Source: Treponema sp. (GTDB taxonomy: Bacteria > Spirochaetota > Spirochaetia > Treponematales > Treponemataceae). Taken from it: DNA of 64,000 nt. The position numbers and the translations under genes were made by a program. Below the pieces are notes generated by a model. It made no database searches and had not been told where the DNA came from. It saw only the letters and a program-made list of their open reading frames with translations. Where the stretch lies: assembly GCA_004554075.1 (NCBI GenBank), contig SFOB01000001.1, positions 46,155 through 110,154 on the forward strand. The letters are read 5' to 3'. Below are positions 56,440-64,000 of the stretch, one piece after another. The stretch's first letter is position 1. Each line of letters starts with the position of its first letter.

Positions 56440-57032
56440 TTTTTATTTATCCCCACCAGATATGTTTCAAATGATTCAGCTCGACAGGCTTCTGGTTTAA
56501 AACCCTTGGCCGAAGTGAAGGTTTCGCGCATAAGCTTTAAAAGCCTCTGCTGATCCCCATTTTGGAATATTTTTACGCAGAAGTTTGCACCCGGTTTAAG
56601 CATAGTCTGGGCATACCAGATAGCCATTTCAACAAGCTGTTCGCTTCGGGCAGTGTCTACAGTACGATTTCCCGTTGTTTTTGGGGCCGCATCGCATACA
56701 ACAAGGTCGTATGGGCCCGCATCCTTAATCTGTTTACGGATTTCAGGCGCATTGAGATCGCCCTGTATAAAAAGAAGATTATCTCCCTTTACAGATTTTG
56801 ACAGAGGATTCAAATCGCAGGATACAACCTTACCGGTTCCTTCCATTGTGCGCAGCAAAAATGTAGTCCAGCTTCCAGGAGCCGCACCCAAATCCAGAAC
56901 AGTATAATTCTTCTTAATCATTCCGAATTTTTCGTCAATTTCCTTAAGCTTATAAACCGACCGCGCCGGATATCCCTCCGAGAAGGCTTTTTGAGACCAG
57001 TAATCAGGCTTTTCGTAAGAGTTTTTTGGCAT
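56436..57032 (-). CDS. rlmE: 23S rRNA Um2552 methyltransferase RlmE (FtsJ)
   Basis: GYPARSVYKL, DLGAAPGSW, DAAP, VKIF and KPEACRAESFETY motifs. Confidence 0.95.
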   Translation of the reverse strand: MPKNSYEKPDYWSQKAFSEGYPARSVYKLKEIDEKFGMIKKNYTVLDLGAAPGSWTTFLLRTMEGTGKVVSCDLNPLSKSVKGDNLLFIQGDLNAPEIRKQIKDAGPYDLVVCDAAPKTTGNRTVDTARSEQLVEMAIWYAQTMLKPGANFCVKIFQNGDQQRLLKLMRETFTSAKGFKPEACRAESFETYLVGINKK

Positions 57033-57038
57033 AGTTAA

Positions 57039-57065
57039 TTATCGGCAGAGGAAATTAGATATTTA
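57039..57065 (-). promoter_or_regulatory. Consensus sigma28 (FliA) promoter for rlmE and the M23 gene
   Basis: TAAA-N15-GCCGATAA, ending 6 nt before the rlmE ATG. Confidence 0.7.
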
Positions 57066-57069
57066 AGGA

Positions 57070-57747
57070 TTATATTTTTACTTTTGCGTTATTCCCAAGC
57101 GAATCTTCGCTTTCCTTCACGCCACCGTCTTCATTAAAAAAGTCGTTTACGTTAATTATTGGGTTACCGTCCACTCTGCGGGCCAGAATTTTTCTATAAA
57201 TACGGAGAACGCTTTCCTTAGGCTGTACAAAGCCCTTGTCATGGCTTAGACAGAAGTTAGGAGCCTGGATTTCTTCCATTTTTTTAATCATCTGCTCAAG
57301 CAGCTGCACATTGTATTCTCGGGCATTCAGGCGGAAACGGACATATGTGGCGTCTCCAAGGAAAGCATAGTCTTTATATTCCAGAACAAGGCAGCCCTTA
57401 GAATGGCTGGAAGGAATGGGGTAGATTTTTATTCCATCGGGGAATGTTAGTTCGCCATCAACGATATCCCCTGCCCTCGTATACTTTTTTGTGTATTTTG
57501 TAACGTAGAGTTTGTCGTATTTGACCTTCAATAGGTTTAAGATATGGTCCGGATGAAAATGAGAAATTACAATATTCTTCGGCCCCTCAAGGGCATTAAT
57601 CCGCTGGGCCGCCTCGCCACAGCTTCCCACATCAAAAATCCAGCTGACATCAGAGCCCTCGGGCTTAATAAATACCACATCGCTCGAAAGAGGATTTTCA
57701 ACAGAGGGAAGATATTTAATTTCCGGGGTAATATTAATAAAAGACAT
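57070..57747 (-). CDS. Metallo-beta-lactamase-fold hydrolase
   Basis: SHFHPDH, SSHSKG, FLGDA and SH motifs; the ORF-track extension MLKQVQHD is REP-derived. Confidence 0.85.
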   Translation of the reverse strand: MSFINITPEIKYLPSVENPLSSDVVFIKPEGSDVSWIFDVGSCGEAAQRINALEGPKNIVISHFHPDHILNLLKVKYDKLYVTKYTKKYTRAGDIVDGELTFPDGIKIYPIPSSHSKGCLVLEYKDYAFLGDATYVRFRLNAREYNVQLLEQMIKKMEEIQAPNFCLSHDKGFVQPKESVLRIYRKILARRVDGNPIINVNDFFNEDGGVKESEDSLGNNAKVKI

Positions 57748-57755
57748 AATAACAG

Positions 57756-57826
57756 CGTCATGCTGAACTTGTTTCAGCATCTACTGTACATCGAGTACAG
57801 AGATTCCGAAACAAGTTCGGAATGAC
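57756..57826. repeat. Inverted pair of GTCA-tagged REPs (same family as 53804)
   Basis: CGTCATGCTGAACTTGTTTCAGCATCT ... AGATTCCGAAACAAGTTCGGAATGAC; spacer hairpin CTGTAC/GTACAG. Confidence 0.88.
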
Positions 57827-57828
57827 AT

Positions 57829-58920
57829 TTATTTTTTAAGTAATGCAGCAAATGGATTGTATGTTTCGCCGTCGTCATCCTGACTGCTCATGTACTGAGC
57901 GGCAGTGTCATCCTGCTCTTTTGAAGTTGCAGTTGTCAAAGAAATGCGCTTGTTAGCAGCATCAACCTTAGTTACAACAACGCTCATTTCCTGACCAGGC
58001 TTGTAAACCTTCTTGAGGTTTGTATTTGCGCTGAGGCCTTCCAGCTCACTGATGTGAACAAGACCATCAATTCCCTTATCAAGATTTACAAAAAGACCAA
58101 AGTCCATAATCTTGCTGATTTTACCGTCAACCTTAGTGCCAACAGGGAACTTAGCTGCTGCTTCTTCCCAAGGATCTTTCAAAAGAGCCTTAAGGCTTAC
58201 GCTTACGCGCTCGTTTTTCCAGTCAGTTTTGATAACCTTCACATTGAGTTCCTGGCCAACTTCTACAACATCACCTGCATCAGCTACGCGGTCAAAAGAA
58301 AGCTCGCTGATTGGAAGGAGAGCTCTGAAGCCCTGGATATTTACGAAAGCGCCAAACTTCTCGATGCTTTCAACTGTAGCTGTAACTACTGCACCTTCAG
58401 TAATCTGAGTTGCAAGCTTACCAAGTTTATTTGCATATTCTGACTCCCCGATTTTGCGGTTGCTTACGAGAATGTCTTTGCCGTCATTTTTATATTCAGT
58501 AATGATAAAGCTGAGAGTTTTTCCAACATAGAAAGCAGGCTCTTTTTTATCCTTAAAGCCCATCTGAGAATAAGGACAGAAGGCGCGTTTTCCGCCAATC
58601 TTTACTTCAAAACCGCCCTTAATTTCTGCTTCAACGTGACCTTCTACAGGAATACCGCCCTTGAAAGCATTTTCAATCATTGTGTCATCAGCTGAGCTGC
58701 CGCCGATTTTTGTAGTAAAGCGCATTTCACCGCGAACTTCACCTGTAAAGAAAACCTTAATCTTGTCGCCTTCTTTTACGCTTACGTTTCCGTCTGCATC
58801 CTTGAACTCTGCAACGTCTACTACGCCTTCTGATTTAGCGCTCAAATCAACAAAAACTGTAGAATCTGTAACTGCTACAACTGTAGTTTCGAAACTATCA
58901 CCAATATTAAATCTGTTCAT
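57829..58920 (-). CDS. Four-domain S1 RNA-binding protein (ribosomal protein S1-like)
   Basis: Four S1 repeats (KSEGV, KGGF..RAFCP, KFGAFV, DFGLFV..GLVHISE); GGAG SD before MNRFNIGD. Confidence 0.9.
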   Translation of the reverse strand: MNRFNIGDSFETTVVAVTDSTVFVDLSAKSEGVVDVAEFKDADGNVSVKEGDKIKVFFTGEVRGEMRFTTKIGGSSADDTMIENAFKGGIPVEGHVEAEIKGGFEVKIGGKRAFCPYSQMGFKDKKEPAFYVGKTLSFIITEYKNDGKDILVSNRKIGESEYANKLGKLATQITEGAVVTATVESIEKFGAFVNIQGFRALLPISELSFDRVADAGDVVEVGQELNVKVIKTDWKNERVSVSLKALLKDPWEEAAAKFPVGTKVDGKISKIMDFGLFVNLDKGIDGLVHISELEGLSANTNLKKVYKPGQEMSVVVTKVDAANKRISLTTATSKEQDDTAAQYMSSQDDDGETYNPFAALLKK

Positions 58921-59007
58921 AATTACTCCGTAATCTCTCTTATTGAAAGAATGTAATTGCATAATATAATATATAGAAGAATTATAGAATACATTTCTGG
59001 AGAAATT

Positions 59008-59607
59008 ATGCCAAAAGTAACCGACCCCATCATCATAAATAAGACCACAGTAAAGAACCGTCTCACAATGGCACCTACCGTAAAGTTCGATTTTGCCGGC
59101 CCGGACGGAAAAGCCACTCAAAAACATATTGAGCATTACCGAGAGCGTGCTGCCGCAAACTGTGGACTCATCTGTGTAGAAGCAACTGCGGTTACCCCGG
59201 ACGGACGTTTTGGACCGATCCATATGGGGCTTTGGGATGATTCACAGATTGAAGGCCATAAGGCAATAACAGATGCCTGCCACAAATATGGGGCAACAAT
59301 GCTGATTCAGCTGAACCATACAGGTATTACTTCTAACCCGGAATGCGGAGAGGCAATTGGTCCTTCGGCAGTGCAGGTGCCGTCATACGCAAGCGGCGGC
59401 GTAGAAAAAATTGCCCGCGCCATGACACTGGACGAAATCCACACAATGCAGGAAAGCTTTGTCGCCGCCGCCATCCGCGCACAAAAAGCCGGCGACACAA
59501 GCCTGTCTCCTCTTCCATTTGTAAAATGCTTCAACTGTCCTCGCTGCCAGTACGGTCCGTTTATGCCTCACAAATGCCCTGCAGAAATGAAAAGATGTAA
59601 AAATTAA
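59008..59607 (+). pseudogene. Internally deleted NADH:flavin oxidoreductase (Old Yellow Enzyme family)
   Basis: KNRLTMAP, HYRERA, QLNH.G and AAIRAQKAG motifs, then a jump to a Cys-rich C-terminus; only 199 aa. Confidence 0.7.
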
Positions 59608-59721
59608 AAATTTGTGAATTTTTCACAAAAACTTTTCTCTTTTGCTTTTATTTAATCTTCCAAAATCTGCCTATCTGCCTTATAATTTAAGGGCAGAATA
59701 AACAAGTTACAGGATAAAAAA

Positions 59722-62031
59722 ATGAAAGCAAAGACTCCTAAGTCTAAGAAACCACGTTCATCATCTAAATCAAAAATCAAATTTAATACAAAAAAGTTTT
59801 TCTTCTACTTTTGCAGAATAATCCCTGCCGCCCTTATGGCTGCCCTTTTTCTTTTACCAATGGGAATGCAGAGCATAAGTCTTGGAGATGCAGAAAGTAC
59901 AGCAAGCCTTATTTATCCATATATGCTGCCCTTTACTCCGTCAGAGACAATTCAGGGCACTCCCTTTCATATTGTCTACTTCATGATTTATTTTGTACCT
60001 TTTACTGCCCTTTTCCTCTTAATAACACTTTTTATAAAAGGAAAAGTGAACACCCTTCTATACGTAATTACTTATATAAGCCTTACCTTCTATCTTTTCT
60101 GTTCAGTAACAAGTCTTATAATTTTTGCAAACTGCTGGAGATGGTTTCTCCTTCTTCCAATTCAGGTTTACATTGTTTTTGGACTTGCCTTTATTTCGCA
60201 TGCCCTCATGTCTATTTTCGGAATCCTCTTTTTAAGAGAGATGAATCCGGAATTTGCTGAATATAAAAAGATTCAGTCAGAATCAAAGCAGAAAACAAAA
60301 ATCTCTATCAAGACAAAACTCACACTTACAATCATAAGTGTAATTGCCGTTATTATGGTAATTTTCACAATCCTGATTTTGCACAGCTATAATAAAATGT
60401 TTACAGAAGCTGTAAGTGATGTAGGCCGTTCTCAGGCAGAGCAGACTTCAACAGTTTATGATTCAGCTGATGGTAAATACGAAAAGATTGCCCCTTACTT
60501 TTCACAGCAGAAAGAAGCTAACTCTTATGCAGACACACCATTTGAGCGGATTGATATTATTACCTCAAGTGCACCAGGAAACATAATTTTCAAGAAAGAA
60601 GGCGAAAAGGTTACCTTCGTTCCTGTTGAAGAGGGAGTAGAAATTACAATTGATTCTATTGAATGGCCTGAATACGATGTATTCTCTTATACAACTGCAA
60701 CAGGCCGTGTAAAAGAAATCCCGGATAGTGAGAAAAAAATTACGTCAGAAAAGGCCCGCGAATATTTTGCGAACTTCATGAACGGAAATTATAAAAAGCA
60801 GCCTGTTCTCGACGGAGACCTCTGCAAATACATTTACCCGGTTTCCTTTACCCGCAAGACCGGTTTTAAACTTGTCGGTTTTTCTATCGTAACTTACAAA
60901 ACAGAAATTCTCATGCGTTCATTCTTCCATGTAAAGATTTATGTTTTCACAATGGTTGTTATGTTCCTCTACCTTGCAATTATTGTTGCCCTTTTGATTG
61001 CAGACTTTATCACAAACCCTCTTTTGTATCTTAAGACCAACGTTCGAAAATCTGCAAACACTCTGGGAGAGATTCTGGACGGTAACTCAAAAATCACAGC
61101 AGACCAGCTTACCTTTATTGATTCCATCAAAACTCAGGATGAAACAAAAGACCTTTCAAAAGAAATCAAAAACATGGTTGGAATCATCCGGGGAATTATT
61201 CCTTATATTTCTTTCTCTACCCTTCAGAATGCAGATAAGGATGTTAAGAAAACAACTACTTCACGGGAACTGTGCTTCCTGTTTACAGATATCCGTGGCT
61301 TTACAACCTTGTGCGAGGGTAAGCCACCTAAGGATGTTGTTGAGATTTTGAATCATTATCTTGATATTGAAACTGAAATTATTCTGAATAACGGCGGTGA
61401 TGTTGATAAATTTGTTGGAGACGAAATGATGGCCTTCTTTGCCGGTCCAAAGAAAGAATACAACGCCTGCAAAGCCGCAATGGAAATCCGCGCTGCCATG
61501 CGTGCTCAGCAGCAGCAGGCTCTGGCCGACGGTTCAGACTACATCTCTATGGGAATTGGTATTAATACAGGCCGTGTAATTTTTGGTTCTGTAGGAGCCC
61601 GCAGCCGCATGGACTTTACTTCTATCGGAGACACTGTAAACCTTGCAGCCCGCCTTGAAAGTGCAAACAAGGCTTATGGCTCTAAGGCAATTATTACAGA
61701 GGCTGTTTTTGAAAAACTGAAGGATACCTTTGTCTGCCGTGAACTGGACTTTATCAAGGTAAAGGGAAAGAATGAACCTGTCCGCATTTATGAGATTTTA
61801 CAGACAAAGGCTGCAGCCATAGATAAGCTTTTTGAAATTAAAGATCTCTTTGAAAAGGGCCTTGCGGCTTACCGCAAACAGAGCTGGGATAAGGCAGAAG
61901 AAATGTTCCAGCTCTGTAACGAAAAATATCAGGACATGCCGTCCGTTGTATTCCTTGACCGAATCTCTCACTTTAAAACAAACCCACCTCCAAAGAAGTG
62001 GGATGGTGTTTTTGAAATGAAGGTCAAGTAA
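59722..62031 (+). CDS. Membrane-bound class III adenylate cyclase
   Basis: Multiple TMs; FTDIRGFT, DKFVGD and FTSIGDTVNLAARLES motifs (Lys/Thr specificity residues); C-terminal WDGVFEMK. Confidence 0.92.
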   Translation: MKAKTPKSKKPRSSSKSKIKFNTKKFFFYFCRIIPAALMAALFLLPMGMQSISLGDAESTASLIYPYMLPFTPSETIQGTPFHIVYFMIYFVPFTALFLLITLFIKGKVNTLLYVITYISLTFYLFCSVTSLIIFANCWRWFLLLPIQVYIVFGLAFISHALMSIFGILFLREMNPEFAEYKKIQSESKQKTKISIKTKLTLTIISVIAVIMVIFTILILHSYNKMFTEAVSDVGRSQAEQTSTVYDSADGKYEKIAPYFSQQKEANSYADTPFERIDIITSSAPGNIIFKKEGEKVTFVPVEEGVEITIDSIEWPEYDVFSYTTATGRVKEIPDSEKKITSEKAREYFANFMNGNYKKQPVLDGDLCKYIYPVSFTRKTGFKLVGFSIVTYKTEILMRSFFHVKIYVFTMVVMFLYLAIIVALLIADFITNPLLYLKTNVRKSANTLGEILDGNSKITADQLTFIDSIKTQDETKDLSKEIKNMVGIIRGIIPYISFSTLQNADKDVKKTTTSRELCFLFTDIRGFTTLCEGKPPKDVVEILNHYLDIETEIILNNGGDVDKFVGDEMMAFFAGPKKEYNACKAAMEIRAAMRAQQQQALADGSDYISMGIGINTGRVIFGSVGARSRMDFTSIGDTVNLAARLESANKAYGSKAIITEAVFEKLKDTFVCRELDFIKVKGKNEPVRIYEILQTKAAAIDKLFEIKDLFEKGLAAYRKQSWDKAEEMFQLCNEKYQDMPSVVFLDRISHFKTNPPPKKWDGVFEMKVK

Positions 62032-62043
62032 GCCTAAAATAGC

Positions 62044-62170
62044 AAATCCGTTAAAAACCGAGCTGCGACAGCGGGTCGGTTTAGGATTTACACAAGAATG
62101 GCTCAAGCGGCGAGACTATGCGAGCCGCACTAGAATCGAAGAACGCCTCAGAGGCAAGCTGTGCTTGCCG
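62044..62170. repeat. Cluster of three GC-rich hairpins between convergent genes
   Basis: AAATCC..AAACCGA-GCTG/CAGC-TCGGTTT..GGATTT; GCGGC/GCCGC; GGCAAGC-TGT-GCTTGCC. Confidence 0.5.
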
Positions 62171-62176
62171 ACTCAA

Positions 62177-63685
62177 TTAAGATCTCACAGGAATTCCACA
62201 ATTCTCGTGTTCCTCTTCCCAATTCTGAGCTAATCTCAAAATCTTCTTCTCGCTGAACATAGCGCCGGCAAACTGCATACCAATCGGCATCTTGTCTGCA
62301 CTTGTGCGTCCGGCTGGAACGTTGATAGAAGGAATGCGGGCAAGGTTTACGAAAGTTGTATAAAGGTCTGAAAGATACATCTCAAGAGGATTATCAACTT
62401 TTGAACCAAGCTTAAAGGCAGCAGTTGGACAGGTTGGACAAAGAATGATGTCATACTTATCGAATACGGCTGCAACTTCGCGCTGAATGCGGGCACGAAC
62501 TGTCATACCCTTTTTATAAGTATCTCCTGAGAACTGCTCAGAAAGAACATAGTTTCCGATTACAATACGACGCTTTACTTCAGGACCAAAACCTTCCGAA
62601 CGTGTATCAACATAAAGTTCATCATAACCCTGACCATTGTCTACACGACGACCATAGCGGATACCGTCAAAACGGCTGAGGTTAGAAGCTGCTTCAGAAA
62701 GAGCGATTACATAGTAAGCGGCAATTGAAGCATCGAGGATTGGAAGATCAACTTCTTCTACACTAGCTCCCTTGTCTGTGAACCACTTGCGGGTTTCTTC
62801 AAAGCATTTTACAACATCAGGATCTGCACCTTCTGTCTTAAGGAACTGCTTTGGAATTGCAATCTTAAGAGCCTTAAACTCTGCGTCTGAAAGAGCCTCG
62901 AGTTTATTCAAAGTTTTTCCCTCAGGTAAATCTGCAGAAGTATCATCATACATATCTAGGCCGCACATAAGGCTGAGAGGTTCAGCGATATCAGCAGGAG
63001 TGTGGCCGAGAATACCAACCTGATCCAGAGATGAACCGTAAGCAACGATACCCCAGCGGGAAAGTACACCGTAAGTTGTCTTAAGACCGTAGATTCCACA
63101 GTAAGAAGCTGGCAGACGAACTGAACCACCGGTTTCTGTACCAAGACCAAAGAGAGCCTGGTTAGCAGCAACAGCGGCAGCAGAACCACCCGAAGAACCA
63201 CCAGATACAAACTCACGGTTGATTGGGTTACGGGTTGGGCCGTAGCATGAGTATTCTGTAGAAGAACCCATTGCAAACTCATCCTGATTACAGCGGCCAA
63301 GAGGAATTGCACCTGCCTTTTCAAGACGGTCAATTACAGTTGCGTTGTATGGAGCTACATAGCCTTCGAGAATCTTAGAAGCACAGGTAAGGCGGTGGCC
63401 CTTTGAGTTCATGTTATCTTTAAGTGCAAAAGGAATTCCAAGCAATGGCTTTTCTGCAAAAAGCTTGTCGAGGGCGTCGCCACCTGCAGCGCGGGCAGCG
63501 GCAATTTCCTTGTCAGCAGCGGCAGCAAAGTCTGCGGCATCATCGTACATTTCGATAAATGCGTTGAGCGGAATAGATGCTGACTTATCTTTATTGAAGG
63601 TATCAATAGCGTCGCGAACGAGCTTTTCGCTTGTTACTTCGCCGGCTTTAAGAGCAGCGCGGGTTTCATTAATTGTGTAATACAT
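62177..63685 (-). CDS. gatA: Asp/Glu-tRNA amidotransferase subunit A
   Basis: DEFAMGSS, GGSSGGS, GTETGGSVRLPA, SNLSRFDG and EVKRRI motifs. Confidence 0.97.
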   Translation of the reverse strand: MYYTINETRAALKAGEVTSEKLVRDAIDTFNKDKSASIPLNAFIEMYDDAADFAAAADKEIAAARAAGGDALDKLFAEKPLLGIPFALKDNMNSKGHRLTCASKILEGYVAPYNATVIDRLEKAGAIPLGRCNQDEFAMGSSTEYSCYGPTRNPINREFVSGGSSGGSAAAVAANQALFGLGTETGGSVRLPASYCGIYGLKTTYGVLSRWGIVAYGSSLDQVGILGHTPADIAEPLSLMCGLDMYDDTSADLPEGKTLNKLEALSDAEFKALKIAIPKQFLKTEGADPDVVKCFEETRKWFTDKGASVEEVDLPILDASIAAYYVIALSEAASNLSRFDGIRYGRRVDNGQGYDELYVDTRSEGFGPEVKRRIVIGNYVLSEQFSGDTYKKGMTVRARIQREVAAVFDKYDIILCPTCPTAAFKLGSKVDNPLEMYLSDLYTTFVNLARIPSINVPAGRTSADKMPIGMQFAGAMFSEKKILRLAQNWEEEHENCGIPVRS

Positions 63686-63686
63686 A

Positions 63687-63998
63687 TTAAGCACCCTCCC
63701 CGAGTACCTTTGGTACCTGGAAATATCCGTCCATGAAGTTTTCGGAAACTTTCTTTACGTCGCTGATTTCAAGTCCCTCTACGACAGTATCTCCGCGAAG
63801 CTTGTCTGCTTCGGTTCTTGGATATGCGTCATAAGGATTTTCGCTGTCATCATATTTAGAGAGAATATCAAAATATCCTACGATATCATCAACCTGTTTT
63901 TTTAAAGTCTCCATATTTGTACTTTCCGGAGACAAACGAGACAAATAAAGTAAGTTTGTAAGTGTCTCTTCATCAATTTCTTTGTGTTGTGTTGCCAT
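63687..63998 (-). CDS. gatC: Asp/Glu-tRNA amidotransferase subunit C
   Basis: LSRL, LRGD and YFQVPKV motifs; directly upstream of gatA. Confidence 0.9.
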   Translation of the reverse strand: MATQHKEIDEETLTNLLYLSRLSPESTNMETLKKQVDDIVGYFDILSKYDDSENPYDAYPRTEADKLRGDTVVEGLEISDVKKVSENFMDGYFQVPKVLGEGA

Positions 63999-64000
63999 AG

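Noticed and set aside
58921..59223. N-terminal extension of the S1 ORF
   Set aside because: Antisense to the oxidoreductase gene; the SD supports the start at 58920.
1..64000. CRISPR array, transposase, integrase, reverse transcriptase or phage genes
   Set aside because: No regularly spaced direct repeats with spacers, and no ORF with recognisable motifs of these families.

Overview
AT-rich spirochete chromosomal window, most like a gut or rumen Treponema. That assignment is inferred from a SpiroCoCo-type giant coiled-coil gene, the carD-ispD-ispF gene order and spirochete-style lipoproteins. Contents are mostly housekeeping genes (grpE-dnaK-dnaJ, asnA, apt, hflX, pepF, add, mnmG, ispD/ispF, carD, a DEAD-box helicase, gpmI, purB, rlmE, an S1 protein, gatCA, tRNA-Ala). 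It also holds a TolC/MacAB-like exporter and many signalling proteins: two LacI-type sensor GGDEF cyclases, an HD-GYP protein, an adenylate cyclase and two SpoIIE phosphatases. I saw no transposase, integrase, reverse transcriptase or CRISPR array. The notable signal is non-coding: more than 15 short palindromic elements of several families. They (i) keep the same fold while stem sequences change compensatorily, (ii) concentrate G-N-A loops on one strand, (iii) nest inside each other, (iv) overlap stop codons, and (v) sit in frame inside IspD and a methyltransferase. The most striking cases are a covarying hairpin pair flanking dnaJ and three tandem attC-like hairpins behind gpmI. All product calls come from motif recognition by eye; no database search was run.
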